From Eledone cirrhosa (Eukaryota): a stretch of 64,000 bases of DNA. The stretch spans positions 397,420,001 through 397,484,000 of the forward strand of contig OZ024741.1 of assembly GCA_964016885.1 (NCBI GenBank). The letters run 5' to 3'. Of this stretch, positions 39,985 to 52,427 are shown in pieces (position 1 is the first letter of the stretch; every line of letters starts with the position of its first letter). The notes beneath the pieces were generated by a model that had not been told where the DNA came from, did no database searches, and worked only from the letters and a program-made list of their open reading frames with translations. Both the position numbers and the translations under genes were made by a program.

Positions 39985-40040
39985 ACTGCTATATATATTT
40001 CGATGATAGCCATTGAATGGCTATGACCTCATCAGGCAGT
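39985..40040 (-). ncRNA. Type I hammerhead ribozyme
   Basis: Minus: ACUGC CUGAUGA GGUC AUAGCCA UUCAA UGGCUAU CAUC GAAA UAUAUA UA GCAGU; palindromic stem III; lies between two (TA)n tracts. Confidence 0.82.
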
Positions 40041-40449
40041 TAGTCAGTTCTTAGATATGCCAGCTCTATGTTTATAGTGTTGATGGTATCAGAGCCTTGA
40101 AATATATATATATATATATATATGTATGTATATATATATATTAAAGATTATCGATTATCATATATGACAACTGGTGATCAATAGCGTTATTGGTTACGTG
40201 TTTCCATGGGGACAATCACTGATAATGTTTGACCATTCGTATTTGTTAATCTTTCCTGGCAATTATTAAAGATGGACTTCGATCAAAGCGGCTGACTACA
40301 TTAAAAATAGACTTTAGTGATAATGTGACATGTTCCTCCTTTATATCAATTGACACAGATTTCGATCTGAGTGATGTTAAAGGTTTACAGCAGTATACGT
40401 CAAAATGAAGTACCAAAGGACAGTGTAGATGTCATATCAGAGGACTAGA

Positions 40450-41252
40450 AATGTCTAAAGTCTGTCTTGAGCCCGGAGGGGTGATCAGGTGGATGAAGTG
40501 ACGTGTCTCTCCCCTGGACAAGACACTAGTCCATTGCGGGGTTAACGTCTGTTTTGATCCCGGGGGATCATCAGGCTGGTGCATATCTCAGTTTCCCTGG
40601 TGTTAAGTAGCTGAGAGTTCAAGACTTACCCCTGGACAGGACACCTGTCCATCACAGGTTATGTAAAGTTTATATATAATGTTAAGTTAAAGTCTTCTCG
40701 AGCCGGGAGGCTCATCAGACCGGTCCTTATCCCGGTTTCAGTGGTGTGAAGTGACTGAGAATACAAAACTTCCCCTGGACAGGATACCAGTCCATCGCAG
40801 GATTAACCCCCTAGCTACTGCTGGTATTTATTTTCAGCTGAGTATACTGGAGCAACGTGAAATGAGGTGTTTAGCTCAAGACCACAACACACAACCCATT
40901 CCAGGAAATTATGATCGTATGTCCAACACCCTTACCACTAGACCACACACCTCCAACGTGAAATGAAGAGTTTTACTTCAAAACACACCACAGAAGGTTA
41001 ATCATTAAATTCAACAAACATGTAAAGTATAACAATCATGTCATATTATCTAATGGTAAAGAGGCGGTGGATTGGCAGTATCGGTAGAGAGTCGGACGCC
41101 ATGTTTTGCAGCATAGAGTTACGCCCCTTTATAGTCTGAGTTCAAAGCCCGCCGAGGTTAACTTTGCCTTTCATCCTTACGAAGTCGATAAAATAAAGTA
41201 CCAGTAATACACTGGGTAATTGCTGGCCTTGTGCCAAAAGTAGAAACAATTA
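40450..41252. mobile_element. SINE cluster (three partial/complete minus copies, one plus copy at 41062-41252)
   Basis: Repeated CCCCTGGACAGGACAC tails matching 27430-27715; complete tRNA-head SINE on plus at 41062. Confidence 0.8.
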
Positions 41253-41299
41253 TGTAATGGTAAAGTGATGTAATACTGAGCCAGCTGATGAGTGTAGGT

Positions 41300-41820
41300 G
41301 CTCATTCGTAGATGGATTCAAGAGCTTTTACTTCGTCTTTGGTGCATTCAGAAATTCATATCAGTATTGTTCAGTCGGGGAGTGCACTTCACTCTTTGCA
41401 GAGAACGCAGAGGGTGGCCATCCACCAGGACACAAAAGCAAGAGTGTTTCTAGCCTGTATAGAAACGGTTCGGAGTCGGGGACGTTGAATGCTGTTCACC
41501 ACAAGAGACTCGAGGGTAGAAACACCAGAATGCTCTGTTCAACATACAACATCTCTTGGAGATGTCATCCAACAAACAAGACTCTATATGGATCCCTGCT
41601 TCACATCTCTGATGTTATGAGGTGTTGTCGCCTGGCCCATGCTAGACATGTCAGTCGCGAGATTGCTCCTCTGGACACCAGGTGGAAAAGAGACGAGTTG
41701 AAATCAATCATCGAGAGTGACACAGGCCTCAAAGTAACGAACCTGTGTGCTGCAATCGTCAAGCGAGGTTTCGAACTCTATCAATCCCTCACCACCGCCT
41801 CAAGGTATCGGATGACTTAA
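41300..41820 (+). mobile_element. Decayed RTE-like LINE 3' region
   Basis: KRLEGRNTRML...NISWRCHPTNKTLYGSL..ISDVMR..RLAHARH...ESDTGL resembles the RTE ORF2 C-terminus. Confidence 0.65.
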
Positions 41821-41844
41821 GAAAACAAACAAGAAAGTAGTATT

Positions 41845-42057
41845 GATTTCTAGTATAGGCACAAGGCCAGTAATTTGGGGGGAGGGGAAAGTCGATTAAA
41901 TCGACTCCAGTACATTACTGGTACTTTATGTTATCGACCCCGTAAGGATGAAAGGCAAAGTTAAACTCGGTGGGATTTGAACTCATATCATAAAGAGCCG
42001 TAACTCTATGCTGCAAAGCATGGCGTCCGACCCTCTACCGATTCTACCAATCCACCA
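41845..42057 (-). mobile_element. SINE copy
   Basis: Full SINE core and reverse tRNA head. Confidence 0.85.
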
Positions 42058-42229
42058 AAAAAGTAATATTAATGTCATATTGTTTAGATATAAAATGTAG
42101 TATTAATGTCATGTTTTAATATAAAGTGTAATATTAATGTAATATTGTTTTAATATAAAGTGTTGTATTAATGTCATATTGTTTATTAAAACAATATGAC
42201 ATTAATACAACACTTTATATTAATACTGG

Positions 42230-42590
42230 AACAACCAAGTGCCCTCACGAACATCACCAGTTACCTCTGTTTGGCGAGCCGCCAGTGAAGATAAGAACTT
42301 CGCTGTCAGTAACCGGACTCCCCCAAACGTCTCGAACGCCACAGGCTGAATAATGTAGTTAGCTGACAGAACACGGTATTTTAGGATTTTGTTCTGTTCA
42401 ACTGTGGATGCTGTAGCTCTCGCCCTTACCGCTGCATCCAGGATGTGGGAAGAAGCAAAAGAGTCACTAACTGTGCCGTCCCAACTTTGTCGTCCTCTTG
42501 ACCAGGAGCACAGAGTAAGACCGTCAAGTCTTTTCCCATCAATTCTGGACAACCCAGGGGATGTTTGCTCGGGCCAAAGCTCTTGAGTGG
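42230..42590 (-). mobile_element. CRE-clade RLE domain fragment
   Basis: DGKRLDGLTLCSWSRGRQSWDGTVSDSFA...EQNKILKY...PVAFETFG. Confidence 0.82.
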
Positions 42591-42744
42591 TAATAGGACA
42601 GTATGTGTATGTGCGCGCGCGTGAGTTTGTCGGCGTTCTTAAATTAGAGACGTGTGTGTCACTGTTTTTAAGTTAGAGACATATATGTGTGTATCCCTTT
42701 CCTTCCTTTTACACACACATACATTCACACAAACACACATACAC

Positions 42745-43435
42745 ATTGTGTGACGGACAAGTGAACAGAAGTCCCTCAAATTTATATACATGTGAATGGA
42801 GTTCTACTGGAGCAGGTAGAGAAGTTCAAGTATCTCGGGACTATATTGATGAGTGATGGAATGCAGGCGGCTGAATTAAGTGCAAGAATTGCAAAAGTTG
42901 ATGCAGTAATGTGCCAGCCTCAGCATTCAGCAATCAGAAGAAGGGGGTAGGTGTAAAAGCCAAACTCGCTGTCTTTCTGGTATTCCTGCCAACTCTTACC
43001 GAGAATCATGAATCTTGAGTAATGACCAAAAGAATACAATTTCAAATAAAAGCGGCAGAAATGGGATTCCTCCGAAGGGTTTTTGGAGTAACGTTACTCG
43101 ATAAAGTGCATGGCTCAGAGACCAGAGAGTCACTCCAGGTACAGCTGCTACTTCTCCGAATTGAGAGATCACAACTCCGATATTATGAGCATGTGGTCAG
43201 AATGTCTCAGTAAAGAATCGCTGGACACATTTTACAGGCAAAAACCAACCGGCAAGAGACCCAGAGGTAGACCCTGAGCAAGAGAGTTGGATAACATCCA
43301 TGAGCTTGGCTGGTCACACTTTGGGATCCAGCTGGATCAGTTAAAGATGTTTGCTACTGACAGACTCGCTGGAAGGAGTATTTGAGAAGGACTCTTCCCC
43401 CACGACCCTCAGAAATAAGTGGGCGAAGAAGAAGA
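42745..43435 (+). mobile_element. RTE-clade LINE 3' fragment
   Basis: VNGVLLEQVEKFKYLG, IKAAEMGFLRRVFGVTLLDKV, ERSQLRYYEHVVRM, GKRPRGRP. Confidence 0.88.
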
Positions 43436-44174
43436 TATTGTCAATTTACTTTTCAGTTTACATATATCTATATGCATATATATTTGCGTATAATACCAAT
43501 ATGCACACTTCATATTCTAGCAGAAAACCGCCCCAAGGGCGGTTTTCTGCTAATAATATTAATGTCATATTGTTTCAATATAAACTGTAATATTGTTTTA
43601 ATATAAACTGTAATATTAATTGTTTCTACTTTTAGGCCCAAGGCCAGCAATTACTCAGTGCATTACTGGTACTTTATTTTATCGACCCCGTAAGGATGAA
43701 AGGCAAAGTCAAACTGTAATATTAATGTCATCTAGTCGTAAAATAGTTGGCTGTCGTTAGTAATGGTATGGAAGTCAGGAGAAACTTCTTTCACATCCGT
43801 TCTTTTCTCTCTCTTTCTTTCTCTCGTTCTATTCCTCTCTTTCTTTTCTTTCTTTTTCTCTCTCCTCTCTGTCTTGCTCTTTGCAGTGTAATACACACAC
43901 ACACGCACACACACACACATATATATATATATATACGCACACATACATACACACAGATGCACACACATGTATACAGACAGACACACACACAGACACACAC
44001 ACACAAACACACACTAACATAGGGGAAGAAGGGGAGAAAGAAAGAAGGCAGAGACTGGAATGTGTTAAATATTTATTCAGGAATCAATATTACGTCATAA
44101 AAGGGATTTTCTCCAAAGTTGACGTCACAATCAAATATGGCCGTCAGAGAGATTTAACAACTTAGCTTTTTAAA

Positions 44175-45200
44175 CAATGACAACAACAATAACATTACTA
44201 ACGACAACAGCAACAATAACAATGACAACAATAATAATAACAACGATGACGACAACAGCAACAATAATAACAATAACAACAATAATAACATCAATAATAA
44301 CGATTTCATTTATTGGCCACAAGGGCCGACATGTAGGGTCCGTGCGGGTTTACAATAAGGTCGAGTAAAAGTGCACCAATTCAACAATGAAGATATAAAA
44401 CATATAAAATAAACTATGCATAAATATAACAAAATAAATTCCCCTATAGGGGGTGGACGACCCTGGGGTGACTCATGTACCCCACCAATCCTGAACCACC
44501 CTGCGCTTCTAAGGCACCCAGGGAGAACACCCCCTCTCCTCCTCAAATTAGCTAGCCCGTAGGCAAATGTACTGGGGGGGGGCACTTCTCTCCCCACCCT
44601 CACCTTCCTTTCCAGGTGAAACTTGAAGTTGATGAGGGATTGGCCGAAGAGAAAAGTGTTTGTCTTCAGTCCTTTCAATCTGGTCCACCATATAACCTCT
44701 TTCGTAACGGCCACCAGAGGGAGGAAAATTGCCTGCCCTTCCTGACCAAAACAACAGCAACAGCAACAATAATAATTGTTTCTACTTTAGGCACAAGGCC
44801 AGCAAATACCAGTGCATTACTGGTACTTTATTTTATCAACCCCCGTAAGGATGAAAGGCAAAGTTAACCTCGGCGGGATTTGAAATCAGAACAACAGCAA
44901 CAATAATAATAATAACGACGACGACAACAGCAACAACAACAACAAACGACAACAATAATAACATCAACAATAACGACAACAGCAACAACAATAATAACAA
45001 CAACAATAACAACGATGACGACAATACCAATGATGACAACAGCAACAACAATAACAAAAACAACAAAAAATCAACAGCAATAACAACAACAATAACAACA
45101 GAAATAACAACAGCAATAACAATAATAACAACAACAATAGCAACCACAACAACAACAGCAATGATGACCACAACGATAGTAACAACGGTCACAATGACGA
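44175..45200. repeat. (AAC/AAT)n tract interrupted by LINE and SINE insertions
   Basis: Tract at 44175-44302, 44748-44775 and 44890-45200; SINE piece at 44775-44890. Confidence 0.9.
44303..44748 (-). mobile_element. Probable L1/Tx1-clade LINE 3' end
   Basis: AVTKEVIWWTRLKGL...LINFKFHLERKVRV resembles the Tx1/L1 ORF2 C-terminus; 3'UTR ends with AATAAA next to the microsatellite. Confidence 0.55.
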
Positions 45201-45448
45201 ACGAGGTAGCCACTACATGGTCACTTGGCATGTTAGAAATAGCAACCAAATCTCCCTTAAAACACACCCTATAGTCTTAAAGAGAGAGGAGGTACGTTAA
45301 ATAATGTTGTCACGAGAAATATCTAGAAAGACAAGATGGTGACAGTAACAATATCATTGTTCAATCATATATACATACATATCACGCACACACTAACACA
45401 TAAACACACACTCACACGCACACAAATACACTAAACGCATACACACAC

Positions 45449-45499
<51 letters not shown>

Positions 45500-45502
<3 letters not shown>

Positions 45503-45628
45503 CGAAGGAAGTGTGGTAAGGAACCAGGTGGACCATAACGCACCAGAGTACTCGATACTGTGGGTAGTAGAGTGGGTAATAGGAAAAGAGTCAAAACCCC
45601 GACGGCAGAGCTCAAGCCGTTTCGACTG

Positions 45629-45630
<2 letters not shown>
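45500..45630 (-). mobile_element. pLTR terminal fragment in (TA)n
   Basis: Same sequence as 38336-38460, truncated just inside hammerhead stem II; (TA)n on both sides. Confidence 0.85.
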
Positions 45631-45681
<51 letters not shown>

Positions 45682-46001
45682 CAAGGAAAAGCAAATAAAG
45701 AAAAAATTGTTAAATAAATTTCAAAAATTTCACTGTACTTACTATATGTGCTTTTACCGCGATTTCAGATCCCAAAACAAATAAATAATCCAAGCGGGTT
45801 TCTATTGAGAAAGAGATCCTCGTCAGAAGGCTTTTCTCTCTCAGAGAATATAAGATTCCCAAGTTCAAAATACAAACTAGCGCCATGCAAAACTGCCCCA
45901 ACAAATGAATGATGAAACAATTTTGTCTAGTACCGTGTGCAAAGACTGAAAGCAAGGTGGACAGGTCAATCTCTCTCTCTCTCTATCTCTCTCTCTCTCT
46001 A

Positions 46002-46106
<105 letters not shown>

Positions 46107-46258
46107 CTGAACCAGTGGCCAATCGGTTGACGGTATTTTGATGACGCTCAAGGATTTCAGTTACTAATCTACTACGGTGTCTCCTTTAGCATTCACTGCC
46201 ATAGGCGGGACGGATTGGAATCGAATTCTGTCGATAGATTGGTTATTGATTAGGCGAG

Positions 46259-46371
46259 ACCCGCTGATGAAGCCACATGCGCCGATTGTGCATTGTTGCA
46301 TAATAAATACAGACAATAGGTGCTGTACACTCTCTTGCTACATTAAGTGTGGCCGAAATTCGAGTACGGGT
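46259..46371 (+). ncRNA. Hammerhead ribozyme with about 70-nt stem II loop
   Basis: ACCCG CUGAUGA A GCCACA...UGUGGC C GAAA UUCGAG UA CGGGU. Confidence 0.75.
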
Positions 46372-46723
46372 AAAAATTTATGGTATCTATTTACGTGTGT
46401 TGTATTGAGATTTTTACATAACCTTACCTATTGAATACGCTGAGATGCAACCGGTACTAGCAGGGAAACCTTATGCTAGTCCCGTCAACTTATTATATAT
46501 ATATTGGTAATGAAACTGTACAGTTCGGAGCCATTTTTGTCTTCCCACACAAATCCATTTATCTACTATGTAACATATTGTGTACACTCTGATATACAAA
46601 TTCGTATTTACAACATATGATTGTTGTAAAATCATGGAGTGAGTGAAAATTGTGTGGTTGTGTATGTCGAAGGGAAGAAATTGGTAGATGTGCGTAGCTT
46701 CAGTTGATGTGTGTGTGTGGTCA

Positions 46724-46761
<38 letters not shown>

Positions 46762-46866
46762 TCACACACTCACACACAGTTTACAAAAGTTCTTTCAGCG
46801 ACCTCCAGCCATATATATATATATATTGGAAAATGTGTGAAATCCTTGGTACAGTTAGGTATATTT

Positions 46867-47145
46867 AAAAGGCAAAGAATGACTTCACTTGTAGTTCTAA
46901 ACAATTTCATTTAATTTTATGATATTATAATTTTACAATTTGGTTTTGTAGATCTAGTAAGTTCTTATTTAACTTCGGTGGGGAGATTTTTAAAGATTCC
47001 TGATTAATTTTCCTGGAGAAAAATCTCCCCACCGAAGTTAACAAAGAACTTACTAGATCTCCAAAATCAAATTGTAAAATTATAATATCATAAAATTAAA
47101 TCAAATTGTTTAGAACTACAAGTGAAGTCATTCTTTTCCTTTTTT
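46867..47145. repeat. About 125-bp-arm imperfect palindrome
   Basis: 46867-46991 is inverted at 47019-47145 with several mismatches; TA flanks. Confidence 0.85.
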
Positions 47146-47184
47146 CATATATATATATATATATTTATTAAAATAACAGATTAA

Positions 47185-47235
47185 AGTTTAAGCAAAGAAT
47201 CGCTGCTTTCACCCTTAACGGGATCTTCTGAAACT
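47185..47235 (-). ncRNA. Hammerhead-topology motif with CAGAAGA core (inverted pLTR)
   Basis: Reverse complement of 50188-50238 with one stem II change. Confidence 0.6.
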
Positions 47236-47461
47236 AACAAAGTCAATCTGTAAACGCAGAACTGGATATTTCAAAATACGTTGCAACCGGAGGAAGACAG
47301 GAAGACGATACTTTGGTTCGTGGAAACGTTCGCTGGCAAAGAACGGGAAAAAACGAATAATACGTCATTAATAGGAGCGGTGAAAACCAATTACGCGCAA
47401 AGACAGAACCACGTTTATGGTATAAAAGAGGTCGTAGACTAATATTAAGGATTCTAACGCC

Positions 47462-49259
47462 GTGCACGTCCATTCCGACAAAACTGGCAACCTATATCAA
47501 GTGGAGCGCAGTACTTACCATCAACTACTACATAATGCTGTAACTAAGGATTACCGTAAAACTAATCGGTGTGTCATCAATGAAATCAACGATGCTGGGT
47601 TTAAAATCACATCTGATCTCAACATCCTGGACCGGACCGAACCTCTGGACCCTATCTCTCCCCACTTTACCCTGAAGGATCACAAATCCAATTTTCCGAA
47701 CAACCCCTCTATTCGGCTTATTAACCCTACGAAGTCCGATTTAGGTAGACTTAGTAAAACGATTCTTGATAGAATTATACCTGAAATTAGAAGTTTGGCC
47801 CCTCTCGCACTGTGGAACAATTCTTTCGAGGTGATTGATTGGTTCAACAGCATATGTAACAAGGAACATTGCCGTTTTATCCAATTCGACATCAACAATT
47901 ACTATTCCTCCATCACTTTACCACTTCTCCTGAGAGCTATCAATTTCGCTAAAACACTCACAGTGGTTAAGGATTTCGAAGTTGATGTCATCCTTAATGC
48001 CCGAAAGTCGGTGATTAATTTCGACGACTCTATTTGGATTAAAAAATCCAATAGTACCCCATTCGACGTGAGTATGGGCGCCAGTGACTCTGCGGAGGTT
48101 ACTGATCTTATTGGCCTTTTCCTTCTTTTCTCTATCAAGGACGAATTCCCCAACGCGGGCGGTGGTTTGTACCGTGACGATGGTCTTTTGACCATGACTA
48201 AGTGCGGACCTCGTGCTTGCGACAGGTTCAGAAAAGAACTCACAGCCTTCTTTAAAGGCTTCAACCTCTCTATACAGGTTGAGGCCAATCTCTCGGTCGT
48301 TAATTACCTCGACGTTACCCTCAATTTATTGAATGGGTTGTATTACCCGTATAGAAAGCCGAATGATACGCTTAATTACATAAGTAAGCATTCCAACCAT
48401 CCTGCCAGCATAACCAAGAACCTGGTAAAAAAACGTTTCGTTGAGGCTTTCCCGTCTTTCCACCAACGAGCGCATTTTCAACGACCATTCCACTTATTAC
48501 AATGAAGCTCTTGCTGGATTTGTCGATAAGGTAGCATATACAGAGTACGAAAATAGACCTAGAAGAAATAGATCCCGTCGCATTTGTTGGTTTAACCCAC
48601 CATATAATATGGAGGTGGCCACACCATTAGCTAAGATCTTTCTTTCCCTTATTACGAAGCATTTTCCCCCTACACATAAATATAGTAAAATTTTTAATAG
48701 AAATACTATTAAAATTTCTTACTCTACGACTCCTAACCTTGCACATAACATCACAGCTTCAAATTTAGCTAAACTACCTAGCCGTAGGAACACGTGCAAC
48801 CCTGTAGTTAGTACTAACTGTAATTGTAGGAATCGGGCTGATTGCCCCCTATCCGGGAAATGCATCTCTAGTAACATTGTCTACAAATGTAAGGTTGTAA
48901 CACCCACGTCCCGTAGGGCCTACATAGGGTTAACCGCCAATAGTTTCAAGCAGCGTCTTTACATGCATACCCATTCTTTTCGTTACCCTCTAAGAAGGAA
49001 TATGACGTCACTTTCAGCTTATATCTGGAGTCTAAAAGACAACCACACCCAATATAAGTTACACTGGGAGATCCTAGCTAGGGCTAGATCGTATAACGGA
49101 AATAAAAGACCATGTGACCTCTGCGCCGCTGAAGCCCTGGAAATACTCTACGCCACAGACCACATCTTAAACAAAAAATCTGAGGCAATTTCGGCTTGTA
49201 AACATAAATTGCACAACACTTTCCTGTATTACAGCCCCACGTTATACCCTAACGGATAG
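47462..49259 (+). pseudogene. Penelope RT-GIY-YIG ORF with single frameshift
   Basis: DKTGNLY, LKDHK, IRLINPTKS, FIQFDINNYYSSI, FDVSMGASDSAE, GLYRDDGL, NYLDVTL; +1 in A7 run near 48427; WFNPPY, CNCRNRADCPLSGKC, IVYKC...AYIGLT (GIY-YIG). Confidence 0.93.
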
Positions 49260-50187
49260 TACGACCTATACGTGGATATTTTACGTCCTGATGTGGGAGC
49301 TAATTATATGTTTTGTTTATTCCTTTACTTATTTGCATAGGTAAGTATATATTACCTGTATGTTTTGTGAAGGTTGTATACCTTCTCGTACGTATATTTG
49401 ACTGTTATGGCGTATAATTTTTACATATTCTGGTATTTAGGGTTTGGCTATGTGTATACGGGAGTTTTGCGTCTGCGTGAGTATGCAGGTTCGTACGTAT
49501 GGTGGGTGTGTGTATATGTGTACTTCTTGTTTTAGTTGACTTACGTCTCCGAACATTCGTGTATTTATTTGTAGGTATGTGTGTGCGCTTGTTATATACG
49601 TATTTATTTACTTATATACGTTTATATAATTATTTATTTATTTGTACACAAGCATACACACACACACATATTTATATGTGCGTGGTTTTGTATACCTATG
49701 GTAAGGTTTTGCGTATGCTTGTGTATGTACGTATCTGTTTGCGTGTATGTATTTATTTGTTTCTATTACTTCTGTATTGTATTTATTTACTTTGTTCTTA
49801 ACTCTGTAGCGGAGATTCATTTGGTCTCCTAGTTAGAATTTTAGTCTACAACTTCTGCTATACCATTTACGTGGTTTTGTCTTTGCGTGCTATTGTTCTC
49901 CACGCTCCACATATGACTTATTATCTTCGTTTTTTCGTTCATTGCCAGAGAACGTCTCTATGCACCATCTAAGAGAACATTAGTCTACGACCTCTTTTAT
50001 ACCATAAACGTGGTTCTGTTTTTGCGCGTAATTGGTTTTCACCGCTCCTATTAATGACGTATTATTCGTTTTTTTCCCGTTCTTTGCCAGCGAACGTTTC
50101 CACGAACCAAAGTATCGTCTTCCTGTCTTCCTCCGGTTGCAACGTTTTTTGAAATATCCACTTCTGCGTTTACAGATTGACTTTGTT

Positions 50188-50238
50188 AGTTTCAGAAGAT
50201 CCCGTTAGGGGTGAAAGCAGCGATTCTTTGCTTAAACT
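50188..50238 (+). ncRNA. Hammerhead-topology motif with CAGAAGA core (U4A)
   Basis: AGUUU CAGAAGA U CCC GUUAG GGG U GAAA GCA GCGAUUCUU UGC UU AAACU. Confidence 0.62.
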
Positions 50239-50344
50239 TTAATCTGTTATTTTAATAAATATTTGCTCTACGGTTCTTATATATTTGATATATATTTTCT
50301 TTATCGAGCCCTCTTTGGATTTTAGTCTTCAATTTTATTATTAT

Positions 50345-50379
<35 letters not shown>

Positions 50380-50463
50380 AAAGGTAAACAGAAATAAAAA
50401 CACAATTGGTACAGTATATGGAAGGTATATATTAGGTAAACGCTTGATATAGCAGGAAGACGG

Positions 50464-50499
50464 TCTTAACGTTTCGGACGCTAGTCCTTCATCAGAAGA
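50464..50499 (-). ncRNA. Minimal hammerhead ribozyme in pLTR-like fragment (50377-50720)
   Basis: Minus: UCUU CUGAUGA A GGAC UAGC GUCC GAAA CG UU AAGA; identical copy at 54187-54222. Confidence 0.82.
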
Positions 50500-50726
50500 A
50501 AGAATGAGAAATAATATAGATTGAGGAGACGGGCGGGATGGAATTGGAAAAATGTCTTTAGATAAAAATAACAGGTCCATTCATGTTGACATCTCTTGCA
50601 AAACTGTTGGTGCTGGCGGTTTGTGTGTGATTTGTTTTTTTAGAAAAGTGGATGATGGAGCGCGTCTACCTGAAATGAAAAAAAAAACGTTATGTAAAAA
50701 GAGCTATACTTGTGCACGTGCGTGTC

Positions 50727-50800
<74 letters not shown>

Positions 50801-50929
50801 ACGTCCGTACGAAGCTAAGAAATGTGTGTGTATATGTGAGTAAAAGAGTGTGTGTGCGCATGTAAATACGAAGCTCTGAGCAAAAGTATGTTAATATAAG
50901 GGTGTGGACCGGAGGTCGCTGCAATAACA

Positions 50930-51004
<75 letters not shown>

Positions 51005-51735
51005 AATATATATATACGTATATAAATATATATTGTTTTATCTATGTTCATACACGGAGAAAAAAAGGGCTAGCTAAGCTTCCAAGGTCCAATTATGACT
51101 GTCATGCCAGATTGTATACGGTGGTAGAGAGTGGAAGAGCGATCAAATTTGTGACTTAGTCATCAGGCGTTTGAACTCGTTTGAAGATGTGAATAAACAG
51201 AAATAAATAATATACACCTCTCATACCAGGTTCAGCAGAGTATTTTTACTTTTTTACTTTGACACATCCACGATTTTACTACACACACACACATATATTT
51301 ATGTGCGTGTGTGTATATATATACATATATATGTGAGTGTGCGTGTGTAATGAATAAAATATGTGGGCAAGACAAGGTAAAAACAAATGAAACGGAGGAC
51401 AGTCCCCTCTTATCAGTCGACCGCGGGGGTACGTGGTTCCATTATTATCCCATGAGTATAGGAGCTACTTCTATCGACCTAAAAGCAATTTTAAGATACA
51501 GTTTGTATGATTTTAGCCACGTAGGATTACTTTTTGAAATTGATATATGTATAATATATATATAAACAATGAGTTATTTGGTTTGTTGATTTGATTATTT
51601 AACAAAGTTAATTTTACAACAGATTAGAAGCATTCAACAGTTTTATCCGGAGTATCCTTAATGATGTTAATCCTCACTGAACTTATAACATTAAGTTCTC
51701 ATGAAGATGTGTCACTATCTTTACACCAATTATTA

Positions 51736-51796
51736 TATTTTATCTGACGAAAGCGTACTTAAATATTAGTACCCTTGAAATACGTATAATAAAATA
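51736..51796 (+). ncRNA. Type I hammerhead ribozyme in pLTR-like fragment (51553-51840)
   Basis: UAUUUUAU CUGACGA AAG C GUAC...GUAC C CUU GAAA UACGUA UA AUAAAAUA; 8-bp stem I; second copy at 62163-62223. Confidence 0.85.
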
Positions 51797-51849
51797 AATA
51801 TGGTTTTATAAAGATATTTTCCAGTTATTAATATTATTAATATATATAT

Positions 51850-52400
51850 ATGGTCGGGTCGTTGGCGACTAAACTGGCAACCCCACCAAAGTTTCTTGGT
51901 GAGGAGGGTGACTTTGGACATCATGCAGGACTAAAAACAAAACCTGTCAAAGGGCAATGGAGCTCTTAAGAGTCAATGGCCATCCAAAATCACCGGGAGA
52001 GATGACCCCTTAGCCTTTGTCAAGGCAGAATTCTAGGAGAAGGAAAACTCTAATATAACACCTGCAACCCTGATGGTATCCAATGATGTTGACTTGTTCT
52101 TCTTTTTGGTAAATATCATCTTGGTTAAGAGAGTGGGACTGGCTTTGTGCAGTGCCTTTGCTCACTATAAAAGCTTAACGGCACAGGCATTGCTTTATAT
52201 CTGGAGATCTCTCTGCACTTGTCGTCACATGGTACCATGGGCCCAGCACTATGTGTCAATAATTGTCACAAGTATAGTGTTTGTACCAGAGTTTTCAAGT
52301 CGCTGGCTGGACAAAAAGTCACACTCATTCAGCGCATCGGTAGGGGTTCTCCTACATGGATATAAAGTAATGGCCGTACTCGAAAACGAGTTGGCAGCCA
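51850..52400 (+). mobile_element. Possible bipartite (5'UTR + 3' end) RTE deletion derivative
   Basis: Head GGTCGGGTCG...AAACTGGCAACCCCACC also at 58720-58800; GAAGGAAAACTCT motif; tail 52225-52380 matches 19545-19690. Confidence 0.5.
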
Positions 52401-52427
52401 TCATATATGTATGTATGTATATATGTT

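Larger units (their letters stand above)
47161..50346 (+). mobile_element. Naiad-like Penelope element, 5'-truncated with inverted pLTR
   Basis: 47161-47441 is the reverse complement of 49980-50262; (TA)n at both ends; RT + GIY-YIG ORF inside. Confidence 0.93.

Noticed and set aside
41062-41160. tRNA genes at SINE heads (also 63538, 58836)
   Set aside because: A/B boxes are present but there is no cloverleaf, and they continue into the SINE body.
43732-45267. Many ORFs rich in YI, CV, HT, poly-L/V/T/N (here and throughout the window)
   Set aside because: Translations of di-, tri- and tetranucleotide microsatellites.
45790-45830. Additional hammerhead candidates (45790-45830, 51150-51170, 19080-19140, 37150-37185, 54772)
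   Set aside because: Only half of the core is present or the helices do not pair convincingly; possibly decayed, not called.
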